A stretch of DNA of 64,000 nucleotides from an uncultured Bifidobacteriaceae bacterium (GCA_964535675.1 CAZHTD010000010.1:2100-66099), one strand, 5' to 3'; shown: positions 39,208 to 48,666, counted from the first letter of the stretch. The notes: generated by a model not told the origin, from the letters alone. Numbers and translations: made by a program.

Positions 39208-41409
39208 ATGCGATTCCTGCTGCTCCGGATGTTTCCGGCCGCCCTGCTCGTCGCCGGGGCGACCAGCCTTCTGCGTGCCGCCGAGCCGGTCTTCTGGCTC
39301 GTCTCGACTGAAGGTGACCTGTTGGCCGGCGAGGTGGAGTCGCTGTCGATCGACGCGCAGGGCCGGCTCACCCTAGGCCCGGTCGACGATTCGGTCTACG
39401 AGTCGTCGGCACCGTTTCTCTGGGATCTGATGACTGGCGCTGACGGGGGCGTTCTGGTGGGCAGCGGCAACGACGGCGAGGTCTTCCGGGTGGAGCCCGA
39501 CGGCACGGCCACAGTGCTCTTCGACGCTGAGGAGATCGAGGCGCACGCTGTGGCCGCCGGGGCAGATGGCTCGGTATATGTCGGCACTTCGCCGGACGGT
39601 CGTATCTACCGGGTCGACACCACTGGCACGGCCTCCGAGTTCTACGATCCCGAGTCCTACTACATCTGGGCGCTGACCGTCGACGGCGACGGGACGGTCT
39701 ACGCGGCGGGCGGTGACCCTGGGGACGTGTACCGGATTGCACCGGACGGTACCGGCGAGGTCTTCTACAGTACCCAGGCTACACATGCGATGACGCTGGC
39801 ACGCGCTGCGGACGGTGCGCTGCTGGTCGGCACGGCCGCGCCAGGTCGCGTGTTCCGCTTGGATGCCGACGGGCGTCCCTTCGTCCTGCTTGACTCGCCC
39901 TACAACGAGGTGCACAGCCTGCGCGTGGGCGAGAATGGCAATGTGTATGCCGCCGCGCTCGGCATGGGCACCCAAGTTGGCGACGCGCCGGCCATCGGCG
40001 GCGGCAACAGCCAGCCGTCGGCAAGCGTCAGCACGTCGGGGACAGCGACGGTGACGGTCACGACCAGTGTGACGGGGACAGCGCCGATAAACGCGATCAC
40101 CACCGGCCCACAACCCTCTGGCGCCGGGGCTGTGTACCGCATCCTGCCCAACGGCGTGTGGGACCAACTCTGGCAGTCAGGCACCGACACCCCGTACGAC
40201 GTGCTGCCGCAACCCGACGGGAGCCTGCTTGTGGCCACCGGCAACGACGGCAAGGTCTTCCGCCTGGCAGGCGATCCTGTGGTGCCGTCGCTGGTAGCCG
40301 AATCAACAGCCCAGCAGGTCACGGCACTGACCCATGGTGCAAACGGCATGGTGCTGTTCGCGACCGCCAACCCGGGCCAAGTGCGCCGCCTCTCGACCGG
40401 GCGCGCGGACACGGGCACCTACACCTCGGTCGTGCGGGACGCGGGTACGGTGGCTACCTGGGGCACGATCGCCTGGCAGGCCGCACCGGGCGGTGGTCGT
40501 GTCGAGGTGGCGACGCGATCCGGCAACACCGACACGCCGGACGAAACGTGGAGCGACTGGAGCACGCCATACGACGATCCGGTCGGCTCTCCGATCACCA
40601 GCCCGAACGCCCGGTTCATCCAGTGGCGCGCCACGCTGATCGGTGGCGACGGCCCGGCGCCGGTGCTCGACTCGGTGACCACCGCGTACCTGCCGCGTAA
40701 CCGGCGCCCACGCGTCGCGTCCATCACGCTGCACCCGCCAGGCACCGTGTTCCAACAGATCTTCCCAGCCGTACCCGGCATCGCCGGCTTCGATGGCGAG
40801 CGCCCGCAGCCCGAGTCAGCCACCGGCGGCAACGGCGGATCGCCGACGCTCGGCCGGCAGGAATACCAGCCGGGGCTGCTGACCTTCGTCTGGCAGGGAG
40901 CCGACGAGGACGGCGACAAGCTGAGCTACGACATCCAGTACCGGCGCGAGACCGAGACCGACTGGGTCGCCCTGCGCAGCGACGTGACCGACACCATCCT
41001 TGTCTGGGACACGACCTCGGTGGCCAACGGCCGGTACAGCCTCCGCATCGTGGTCTCGGACGCGCTCTCAAACTCCCCGGCGACGCGGCTCACCGGCTAC
41101 CTCGATAGCGAGGCGTTCGACATCGACAACACCGCGCCGGCCATCGAGGTCACCGCGGTGACCCGTGACGGCAACGGTATCGTCGTGGCATTCATGGTGC
41201 GCGACGGACACTCAGCCATAGCCGAAGCTGGCTACTCGCTGGACGGCACCCGGTGGCAGGCGGTGTACCCGGCTGACGGGATCGCGGATTCACGGGTCGA
41301 AGGGTTCGAGCTCGCGTTGCCTTCCGGTACTATCGCGCAGGGTGTCGTGCTGCGCGCCACCGACGCGCTGCGCAACACGGCGACAGTCTCCACCGCCCTT
41401 CCCCAATAA
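39208..41409 (+). CDS. Secreted beta-propeller repeat protein with a C-terminal Ig/FN3-like region
   Basis: 733 aa with a signal peptide. It has at least 6 repeats of the form DG.(V/L)(Y/L)VG(T/S)...G.(V/I)(Y/F)R(V/I/L).(P/A)DG. The C-terminal part has beta-sandwich-like features (LSYDIQYRRE...W..L). It starts 14 nt after the S55 gene. Confidence 0.75.
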   Translation: MRFLLLRMFPAALLVAGATSLLRAAEPVFWLVSTEGDLLAGEVESLSIDAQGRLTLGPVDDSVYESSAPFLWDLMTGADGGVLVGSGNDGEVFRVEPDGTATVLFDAEEIEAHAVAAGADGSVYVGTSPDGRIYRVDTTGTASEFYDPESYYIWALTVDGDGTVYAAGGDPGDVYRIAPDGTGEVFYSTQATHAMTLARAADGALLVGTAAPGRVFRLDADGRPFVLLDSPYNEVHSLRVGENGNVYAAALGMGTQVGDAPAIGGGNSQPSASVSTSGTATVTVTTSVTGTAPINAITTGPQPSGAGAVYRILPNGVWDQLWQSGTDTPYDVLPQPDGSLLVATGNDGKVFRLAGDPVVPSLVAESTAQQVTALTHGANGMVLFATANPGQVRRLSTGRADTGTYTSVVRDAGTVATWGTIAWQAAPGGGRVEVATRSGNTDTPDETWSDWSTPYDDPVGSPITSPNARFIQWRATLIGGDGPAPVLDSVTTAYLPRNRRPRVASITLHPPGTVFQQIFPAVPGIAGFDGERPQPESATGGNGGSPTLGRQEYQPGLLTFVWQGADEDGDKLSYDIQYRRETETDWVALRSDVTDTILVWDTTSVANGRYSLRIVVSDALSNSPATRLTGYLDSEAFDIDNTAPAIEVTAVTRDGNGIVVAFMVRDGHSAIAEAGYSLDGTRWQAVYPADGIADSRVEGFELALPSGTIAQGVVLRATDALRNTATVSTALPQ

Positions 41410-41417
41410 GGTGCCGC

Positions 41418-42302
41418 CTAGGCGGTGGTCGACACCGTGCCGGCCTGCGGCCCGAACTCCGTTCCGAGCGGCGCGACCTCCGGCTCCTCGAGCGGCGACA
41501 CGAGCGGCACGACCACACCCTGCATGTTGGCCGACACCGAACTCTTCACCGTGGTGCGCTCCAGCAGCCAGATCAGGTTGACCGCCACCGGATCGCCGGC
41601 AGCCTGCGCCGGCGCGAACCGTGCCCGTCCCACCGCGTCGAGCAAGGCGTCCATGTCGTCGGTCCAAGCCGCGGCTTGTCGCAGGCGCGTCCGTGCGCGG
41701 GTCTGCTCAAGCAGTTCGTAACCGGCAATGCGACCGTCTCGCGTGACGACCGCGGCCAGCGCCACCTGCACCCGCTCGTCGGGAATCGAGTCGAGCATCG
41801 CGGCGTCGCCCAAGCTGCGCGGCACCGACACGTGTCCGCCGGGCCGCAGCGGGTTGGCATTCGAGCCCGGGTTGGCAAGCACCTCGATCATCCCGGCCAG
41901 CGAATCGGGCGTCCGCAGCGTGGACAAGTGCAATATCCCCGCCATCATCACGAGACAGACGACCACCGCCGCCGAGGCACCGGCCGCTGGCCACAGCAGC
42001 CGCCGCTCGCGCAGCGCCGCGCCAATCCACGCCGACCAAGCGGCCTCGCGCTCAACCCGCGCCCGTGTTACCACACAGTCGCGCACGAACACTAGGCTGG
42101 CCACATCATCCTCGCATGCCTGCGATGGTGCCATCGCCCGCACCGAGGCCCCGATGACTTGCAGGTCCTCGATCCGCGCAACGCACGTCCGGCACCACTG
42201 GAGGTGCCACTCGAGCGCGACCTGCTCTGCAACCTCAAGCTCGCCATCGAGGAACGGCTCGAGCCGCTCCAGGGCCGCAGGGCAATCGATGTACGAAATC
42301 AT
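41418..42302 (-). CDS. Anti-sigma factor (zf-HC2) with a TM helix and a TonB-C-like periplasmic domain
   Basis: N-terminal HLQWCRTCV zinc motif (H-x3-C-x2-C), then a central TM helix (AAGASAAVVVCLVMMAGIL). The C-terminal segment VALAAVVTRDGRIAGYELL...LLDAVGRARFAPAQAAGDPVAV resembles TonB_C. Its start overlaps the sigma-factor stop. Confidence 0.8.
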   Translation of the reverse strand: MISYIDCPAALERLEPFLDGELEVAEQVALEWHLQWCRTCVARIEDLQVIGASVRAMAPSQACEDDVASLVFVRDCVVTRARVEREAAWSAWIGAALRERRLLWPAAGASAAVVVCLVMMAGILHLSTLRTPDSLAGMIEVLANPGSNANPLRPGGHVSVPRSLGDAAMLDSIPDERVQVALAAVVTRDGRIAGYELLEQTRARTRLRQAAAWTDDMDALLDAVGRARFAPAQAAGDPVAVNLIWLLERTTVKSSVSANMQGVVVPLVSPLEEPEVAPLGTEFGPQAGTVSTTA

Positions 42303-42919
42303 GACGTGAACCCGAGCAGCTCGCGGCGCAGGGCCTGCCGCGCACGCGTGAGCCGCGATTTGACCGTCCCCACGGCCACGCCCAGGGAGAACGCGATCTC
42401 GTCGTAGCGCAAGCCATCGATCTCACGGAGCACGAGCGCTGTGCGCTGGTCGAAGGGCAGCCGCTTCAGGGCCGCCCGGATGTGCGCCGCCGTCTCCTTG
42501 CTGGCAAGCCGCCGGTCCGGCAGCACCTCAGGGGTCGAGGGCTCTCCGAACTTGTCGAGGTGCTCGTCGAGCGAGACGTGGTCGGCAATGTGACGGCGCC
42601 GCCACCACCGCTGGCGGTTGCGAGCCTGATTGATCACGATCCGATAGATCCACGTGCGCAAGGCCGACTGCCCACGGAAGGAACCCAGCGTCCGGAACAC
42701 GCGGAGGAACACCTCCTGGGAAACCTCCAGCGCCTCCTCGCGACTGTGCATCAGGTTGAGCGCCAGTCCGAAGACCATGCGCTCGTGCGCGGCCACTAGT
42801 TCGGCGCACGCCTGCTCGTCGCCGGCTACGCAGCGGTCGATAATCGCCGCCTCGTGACTCGCAACGTCGGGCCACTGGATGGACCCGGAACTCCTAGCGT
42901 ACCCGCCCTGATCGCGCAT
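42299..42919 (-). CDS. ECF (group 4) RNA polymerase sigma factor
   Basis: 206 aa. Region 2 (VSQEVFLRVF...LRTWIYRIVINQARN) and region 4 (REIDGLRYDEIAFSLGVAVGTVKSRLTRAR). Confidence 0.93.
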   Translation of the reverse strand: MRDQGGYARSSGSIQWPDVASHEAAIIDRCVAGDEQACAELVAAHERMVFGLALNLMHSREEALEVSQEVFLRVFRTLGSFRGQSALRTWIYRIVINQARNRQRWWRRRHIADHVSLDEHLDKFGEPSTPEVLPDRRLASKETAAHIRAALKRLPFDQRTALVLREIDGLRYDEIAFSLGVAVGTVKSRLTRARQALRRELLGFTS

Positions 42920-42980
42920 GCTCCCGCTCAGTCTAGCAGTCGCTGCCTAGGGGCGCATCGAGAGAATTTGCCCCTCGCAA

Positions 42981-43009
42981 ACTTAGATTCCACTTTCTCC
43001 TGAAGGTTC
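42981..43009 (-). promoter_or_regulatory. ECF-type promoter candidate (GGAACC-17 nt-TCTAAG) upstream of the sigma/anti-sigma operon
   Basis: Read on the minus strand: GGAACC at 43009-43004, a 17 nt spacer, then TCTAAG at 42986-42981, about 62 nt before the sigma-factor ATG. This matches the general GGAAC-N16/17-(C/T)GT/TCTaA ECF pattern and suggests autoregulation. Confidence 0.4.
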
Positions 43010-43205
43010 CCAGCTTATCCCCTTTGAGACAGGGCGCTGGCGCATGCCGCACACCTCGGCCAGGCACGGCTCAAACAGCATCGACACCTCCGGCTTTGTT
43101 CAGTCCGGCGGGAACAACGATGTCGAGGACCGGCAAATCCGACGCCCGCCACCACATGTTCCAGCCCGAAGGGGGTGGAACTCTTTCGTATAAGATTTCG
43201 ACTGA

Positions 43206-44411
43206 ATGCTGCGGTTTCTCACTACCGGCGAGTCGCACGGCCGGGCGCTGGTCGCCACGCTCGACGGTCTACCGGCCGGTCTCGAACTCGACTTCGGCGC
43301 GCTCGACGTGCAGCTCAAGCGCCGGCAGAGAGGCTACGGTCGCGGCCGCCGCCAGGCGATCGAGAGCGACCGTGCCGAGATCCTCTCCGGTGTCCGCCAC
43401 GGACGTACGACAGGTGCGCCCATGGCACTCCTGGTCCGGAACAAGGACTGGGTCAACTGGCAGCAGACCATGCACGTCGAGCCGGAGATGCCAGAGGGCG
43501 CCACCGGCGCGGTGCGCCCCGACGTGGTCCGGCCACGGCCAGGCCACGCCGACTTGGCCGGTGCCTTCAAATACGGCCACACCGACGTCCGCGACGTCCT
43601 CGAGCGCGCGAGCGCTCGTGAGACTGCGGCGCGCGTCGCGGGCGGCTCGATCTGCCGGCAGCTGCTCGAGGCGTTCGGAATCCGGATCGTCAGCCACGTG
43701 ACCGCGATCAACGGCGTTGTACTCCCGCCGGAGACGAGCGTCTCGTTCGCGCAGGCCGCTGCCATCCCCAATGACTCCCCCCTCCGGTGCGCTGACCCGG
43801 ACGTGCAGCAACGGATGATGGCCGTCATCGACGCGGCTCGCGAGGCCGGCGACACCGCCGGGGGCGCCTTCGAGGTTATCGTCACCGGCCTACCGGTCGG
43901 CCTCGGCTCGCACACGCAGTGGGATCGCAAGCTCGACGGCCGCTTGGGTCAGGCCATCATGTGCATCCATGCGATCAAGGCCATCGGCATTGGCATCGGC
44001 CCTGAGGTCGCGTTCCGACCCGGGTCCGAGGTGCACGACGCCATCCTGCCGTCGGGGAGCGGCGACGCGCCGGTGCGCCCCACCAATCGCGCGGGCGGTC
44101 TCGAGGGCGGCATTACTAACGGCCAGGAGTTGCGCGTCACCGGCTTCATGAAGCCCATCGCCACGCTGATGCACCCGCTGCCGTCGATCGACCTGACGAC
44201 CATGGGCGAGGCGCCCGCGGCCATCGAGCGCAGCGACGTGTGTGCCGTGCCAGCGGCAGCCGTGGTCGGTGAGGCCATGGTGGCGCTGGTGCTGGCCGAC
44301 GCGTTCCTCGAGAAATTTGGCGGCGACTCGATCGCCGAGATCCGGCGGCACTATGACGCCACGCAGGATCAGGTCCGCCAGCGCTTCGCTCGCCGCGGCA
44401 CGCCTGCCTGA
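43206..44411 (+). CDS. aroC: Chorismate synthase
   Basis: 401 aa. MLRFLTTGESHG start, then RPGHADL and GGLEGGITNG motifs. Confidence 0.96.
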   Translation: MLRFLTTGESHGRALVATLDGLPAGLELDFGALDVQLKRRQRGYGRGRRQAIESDRAEILSGVRHGRTTGAPMALLVRNKDWVNWQQTMHVEPEMPEGATGAVRPDVVRPRPGHADLAGAFKYGHTDVRDVLERASARETAARVAGGSICRQLLEAFGIRIVSHVTAINGVVLPPETSVSFAQAAAIPNDSPLRCADPDVQQRMMAVIDAAREAGDTAGGAFEVIVTGLPVGLGSHTQWDRKLDGRLGQAIMCIHAIKAIGIGIGPEVAFRPGSEVHDAILPSGSGDAPVRPTNRAGGLEGGITNGQELRVTGFMKPIATLMHPLPSIDLTTMGEAPAAIERSDVCAVPAAAVVGEAMVALVLADAFLEKFGGDSIAEIRRHYDATQDQVRQRFARRGTPA

Positions 44412-44417
44412 TCATCC

Positions 44418-44927
44418 GTGCTGCGCCCGATCCTCAAATTCGGCGCTGAGATCCTGCACCAGCCCGCCGGCCCGGTGGGGGAGATCACGCCAGAGATCGA
44501 CACGCTGGTCCAGGACATGATCGAGACGATGTACGCGGCGCCCGGCATCGGCCTCGCCGCGACACAGGTCGGCGTGGGCAAGCGCCTCTTCGTCGCCGAC
44601 CTCTCCGCGGGCAAGGACCTCGACGGCCTGATTGTTTTTCTTGACCCCGAGTTCGTCGAGCGCGACGGCATGCAACTCGAGGAGGAAGGCTGCCTGAGCG
44701 TCCCGGGTTTCGAGGCCACCGTAGCGCGCCCCGAACGCGTCGTCCTCAAGGGCCGAGACCGCACAGGCCGGCCGAAACAGATGGAGGGCACGGGCCTGCT
44801 CGCCCGCTGCTTCCAGCACGAGATGGACCACCTTGACGGGACGTTGTTCGTCGACCGCCTCCGTGGCCTGCAGAAGGACCTGATCGTCCGGCGCATCCGA
44901 AAGCTGACGCGCGCCGGCAAGTGGTAA
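44418..44927 (+). CDS. def: Peptide deformylase
   Basis: 169 aa. Contains GIGLAATQVG, EGCLS and QHEMDHL motifs. Confidence 0.95.
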   Translation: MLRPILKFGAEILHQPAGPVGEITPEIDTLVQDMIETMYAAPGIGLAATQVGVGKRLFVADLSAGKDLDGLIVFLDPEFVERDGMQLEEEGCLSVPGFEATVARPERVVLKGRDRTGRPKQMEGTGLLARCFQHEMDHLDGTLFVDRLRGLQKDLIVRRIRKLTRAGKW

Positions 44928-45871
44928 TGGCACTGCGCACGGCGCTGCTCGGTACGCCGACCTTCGCCGTGTCGACGCTTGAGGCGATGCTCGCCTCGTC
45001 GCACGAGGTCGTCGGCGTCATCACCCAGCCCGATCGCCCCAGCGGACGGGGTCGCCTCGTGCATCCGACGCCGGTCAAGGCAGCCGCGCTCGCCCACGAT
45101 CTACCAATACTCCAGCCCGAACGGCTGCGTCCGCCCGAAGTCGCTCAAGCGGTTGACGCTTGGAACCTCGATGTGGGCGTCGTCGCCGCCTACGGCAAGA
45201 TCATCCCGTCGGGCCTGCTTGCCCTGCCCCGGCTCGGGATGATCAACGTCCACGCGTCACTGCTACCCCGGTACCGGGGAGCCGCGCCCGTGCACCGCGC
45301 CGTGATCGACGGTGAGACGGTCACCGGCGTGACGATCATGCGCGTGGTCCCCGAGCTAGATGCAGGCCCGGCTCTAGCGCGTGCCGAACGTCCCATCGGC
45401 CCACACGAGACCAGCGAGGAGGTGGAGCGCGACCTCGCCGCAAGCGGTGCGGACCTGCTGATTCGCGTGCTTGAGCAACTTGCGGCCGGCACTGCCGTTG
45501 AGCAGCCGCAGGACGACGCCCATGCCACGTACGCACCGCGGCTGACCAAGGCCGACGGCCTCGTCGATTGGTCGCTGTCGTCCAGTGCCATCCACAACCG
45601 CGTGCGCGGCCTCTATCCGTGGCCGCACGCCTACACCTTCCTCGACGGCCGGCGCCTCGTTCTTCTGCGAACGCACGTCGAGGCCGACGGGCACGACGGC
45701 GAGCCCGGTACCGTGATCGAGGTGGCGCCCGGCCGTTGGGTAGTGACGACCGGCCACGGAGGGCGGGTTGGGATAGATCGGCTGCAGCCCGAGGGGCGAC
45801 GGGCGATGAGCGCCCGAGCGTTCTTCGCGGGCCACCCCGTCACGCACGGCGCCAGGTTCACGGGCCCATGA
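44927..45871 (+). CDS. fmt: Methionyl-tRNA formyltransferase
   Basis: Contains HASLLPRYRGAAP and ITQPDRP motifs. ATG 44927 overlaps the def TAA (TAATG). The track start GTG 44921 is an alternative. Confidence 0.95.
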   Translation: MALRTALLGTPTFAVSTLEAMLASSHEVVGVITQPDRPSGRGRLVHPTPVKAAALAHDLPILQPERLRPPEVAQAVDAWNLDVGVVAAYGKIIPSGLLALPRLGMINVHASLLPRYRGAAPVHRAVIDGETVTGVTIMRVVPELDAGPALARAERPIGPHETSEEVERDLAASGADLLIRVLEQLAAGTAVEQPQDDAHATYAPRLTKADGLVDWSLSSSAIHNRVRGLYPWPHAYTFLDGRRLVLLRTHVEADGHDGEPGTVIEVAPGRWVVTTGHGGRVGIDRLQPEGRRAMSARAFFAGHPVTHGARFTGP

Positions 45872-47223
45872 CCGCCCCCCCTCGGACAGCGGCGCTCAAC
45901 GCCCTTCGCGCGGTCGACGAGCGGCGTGACGACCTCCCCGCCGCGCTGGCCCGCAGCCGCACGCGGCTGACCGACCCGCGCGACCGCGCCCTCACCACTG
46001 AAATCGTCACCGGCACGTTGCGATGGCAGCGGTTGTTGGACCACCTAATCGCCGCAGTGGCGGCACGCCCCCTGTCGCGCATCGATCCGGCTGTGCTGCT
46101 GGTGCTGCGGCTCAGCGTCTACCAATTGCTGCACCTCGACCGCGTGCCGGCATCGGCGGTCGTCGACGATGCGGTCGACCTGACCCGCACCGTGCGACGC
46201 CCGCACGCCACGGGCTTCGTCAACGCCATACTGCGCACGATCCTGCGCGGGCGCGGGAGGCTCCCGATCCCACCGCGCCCCGAGTCGCCGGACGATCGCG
46301 ACGCGGCGCTGGCCTATCTCGGCATCGCCTGCTCGCACCCCGAATGGTTGGTGGCACGGTGGCTCGATCGCCACGGCTTCGACGCCACCGAGGCGTGGGT
46401 CCGTTTCGACAACACCGCTCCGCCTGTCTGCCTGTGGGCCAACCGCCTCCAAGGCTCGCGCGAGGCGTTGGCGGCGACACTCCGCGAACGCGCGGTCGCC
46501 ACCGAGCCGACGGTGTGGGCGCCGGACGGCCTCCTGGTCCGGTCCGGCCTGCCCTTCGGCGCCGCCGCCGAAGGCGCCTTCCTTGCCCAGGACGAGGCCT
46601 CGCAACTCGTCGGTCTCATCATGGAGGTGCGCCCGGGGGATCGCGTGCTCGACCTCTGCGCCGCGCCCGGCGGCAAAGCCACGGCGATGGCCGCCAATAT
46701 GTGCAATTCTGGGCTCCTGGTTGCCAGCGACGTACGCCCCCGCCGGCTCGCCCTGCTGCGCCAGACGCTCACCCGCGCCGGAGTCACGTGCGCACGCACA
46801 GTGCGGGTGGCAGTCGATGGCCCGCTGCCGTTCGCCGCGGCCCGTTTCGATCGCGTGCTAGTCGACGCACCGTGCTCTGGCCTCGGAACGATCAGGCGCG
46901 ACCCCGACATCCGGTGGCGGCGCACCGAGAGCGAGCTACCGGCTCTCGCCGCCGCGCAGCGGGCGCTCGTGACCCGCGCCGCCGACGCCGTGGCCCTCGG
47001 CGGCCGGCTCGTCTACGCCACGTGCTCAAGCGAGCCCGAGGAGAACGAGCAGGTGCTCCACGCTTTTCTCGCTGACCGTCCCACGTTCGCCCCGCTCGAC
47101 CTGCGCGACACGCTGCCGCCCGCGCTCGAGCCATTGGTCGATGAGGACGGGGCGTTACGGACACTGCCGTTCGCGCACGGACTGGAGGCCTTCTTCGCCG
47201 CCGCGCTCGTGCGGAGGGCCTGA
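45868..47223 (+). CDS. rsmB: 16S rRNA (cytosine967-C5)-methyltransferase
   Basis: 451 aa counted from ATG 45868, which overlaps the fmt stop as ATGA. NusB-like N-terminal domain plus methyltransferase motifs (DLCAAPGGK, DAPCSGLGTIRR, YATCS). The track ORF starts 100 codons too early, inside fmt. Confidence 0.92.
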   Translation: MTAPPRTAALNALRAVDERRDDLPAALARSRTRLTDPRDRALTTEIVTGTLRWQRLLDHLIAAVAARPLSRIDPAVLLVLRLSVYQLLHLDRVPASAVVDDAVDLTRTVRRPHATGFVNAILRTILRGRGRLPIPPRPESPDDRDAALAYLGIACSHPEWLVARWLDRHGFDATEAWVRFDNTAPPVCLWANRLQGSREALAATLRERAVATEPTVWAPDGLLVRSGLPFGAAAEGAFLAQDEASQLVGLIMEVRPGDRVLDLCAAPGGKATAMAANMCNSGLLVASDVRPRRLALLRQTLTRAGVTCARTVRVAVDGPLPFAAARFDRVLVDAPCSGLGTIRRDPDIRWRRTESELPALAAAQRALVTRAADAVALGGRLVYATCSSEPEENEQVLHAFLADRPTFAPLDLRDTLPPALEPLVDEDGALRTLPFAHGLEAFFAAALVRRA

Positions 47224-47260
47224 ACTCGTAACCTCAACCTGTAGTACATTTGAGCAACCG

Positions 47261-47983
47261 ATGGCCATCCACGGGCACGTCTGGACCGTGGGCAAGGCGC
47301 TGGCCCTGCTCGGGGCGTTGGCGGCGACGTTCCTCCTGTCGGCGACCTTGGCCATGCAGGCCGCGCTGCGCAGCCGCGAGGTCCAGATTCCCCAGTTGCT
47401 CGGGCGCACGATCGACGACGCCGAGTCGCGCCTAGCGGCGCTGGGCCTGACACTGCAGGTCGACCCCCGTCGGCGCATCGATCCCATCGTGCCAGCGGGA
47501 CGCATTATGCTGCAGGAGCCGGCCTCCGGCCTCACGGCCCGGACCCAGCGCAGCGTGCGGGTGTGGCTCAGCGCGGGCCAAACCACGACGGTGGTGCCGC
47601 GGCTGCTCGGCCAGTCCGAGCGCACGGCCCGCATCCAGCTACAGCAGGACTCGCTGACGCTGACCGCGGTGGCTGAGTTCCGTTCGCCCGAGTACCAGGC
47701 CGACGCCATCGTGGCACAGGACCCTCCGGCCTCGACGAGCGCCCCGGGTGTATCGATCCTGATCAATCGTGGTGAACAGGCCACAACCTTCGTGATGCCG
47801 GACGTCATCGGAATGGACGGCCTGCGTGCCGCCGAGGTGCTACGGGCTCGTGGCTTCCGCGTGACGATCGTCGGCTCGCAACCGTATCCCAGCGTGCCCG
47901 CGGGCACGGTGGTCCGCCAGGACCCGTCCGGCGGCTTCCAGGTGGGTGCCACCGAGCCCATCTCCATCGAGATCAGCCGGTGA
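47261..47983 (+). CDS. Membrane-anchored protein with three PASTA domains and no kinase or PBP domain
   Basis: 240 aa counted from ATG 47261. One N-terminal TM helix, then three roughly 65 aa PASTA-like repeats (VQIPQLLGRTIDDAESRL..., TTVVPRLLGQSERTARIQL..., FVMPDVIGMDGLRAAEVL...). Confidence 0.8.
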   Translation: MAIHGHVWTVGKALALLGALAATFLLSATLAMQAALRSREVQIPQLLGRTIDDAESRLAALGLTLQVDPRRRIDPIVPAGRIMLQEPASGLTARTQRSVRVWLSAGQTTTVVPRLLGQSERTARIQLQQDSLTLTAVAEFRSPEYQADAIVAQDPPASTSAPGVSILINRGEQATTFVMPDVIGMDGLRAAEVLRARGFRVTIVGSQPYPSVPAGTVVRQDPSGGFQVGATEPISIEISR

Positions 47984-48666
47984 CGGCGCCGTCGGTTCAG
48001 ATCGCACCCTCGATCCTCTCGGCGGACTTCGCAGCGCTTGGTGCCGCGATCACGGCGGTGGAGTCAGGCGGCGCCGACCTGATCCACGTGGACGTGATGG
48101 ATGGCCACTTCGTACCTAACATCACCATCGGCCCCCCGGTCGTGAAATCGCTGCGGCAGGTCGCGACGGTGCCGCTCGACGTCCATCTGATGATCGAGGA
48201 TCCCGACCGCTACACCGGCGACTTCGTCGACGCGGGGGCGGCCATGGTGTCAGTGCATGTCGAGACCGGCGTCCACCTGCACCGGACCGTCCAGCGTATC
48301 AAGGCCCTCGGCGCCCGCGCAGGCGTGGTACTCAACCCCGCCACGCCAACCTCGGCGCTGGAGGCCATCGCGCCCGACGTCGACTTCGTGCTCGTCATGT
48401 CGGTCAATCCCGGGTTTGGGGGCCAGAGACTCCTCGAGCCCTGCCTGGGTAAGGTCACAAAGGTGCGCGAGCTGCTCGACCGCACGGGCTCCACCGCACC
48501 GATCGAGATCGACGGGGGCATTGATTCAAGCAACGCGGCCCGGGCCGTGGCCGCGGGCGCCACGATGCTCGTGGCTGGCAACGCCATCTTCGGCGCGGCC
48601 GATCCCGCCCAAGCCACGCGCGACCTGCGCCGCGCGGCCGAGACGGCTGCACCTGTCCGAGGATGA
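47980..48666 (+). CDS. rpe: Ribulose-phosphate 3-epimerase
   Basis: 228 aa. Contains IAPSILSADF, HVDVMDGHFVPN and MSVNPGFGGQ motifs. Confidence 0.95.
   Translation: MTAPSVQIAPSILSADFAALGAAITAVESGGADLIHVDVMDGHFVPNITIGPPVVKSLRQVATVPLDVHLMIEDPDRYTGDFVDAGAAMVSVHVETGVHLHRTVQRIKALGARAGVVLNPATPTSALEAIAPDVDFVLVMSVNPGFGGQRLLEPCLGKVTKVRELLDRTGSTAPIEIDGGIDSSNAARAVAAGATMLVAGNAIFGAADPAQATRDLRRAAETAAPVRG

Noticed and set aside
43160-43205. GGAACT-16 nt-CGACTG just upstream of aroC as a second ECF promoter.
   Set aside because: The putative -10 ends only about 3 nt before the ATG, which would require a leaderless mRNA. The -10 match is weak, so this is most likely chance.
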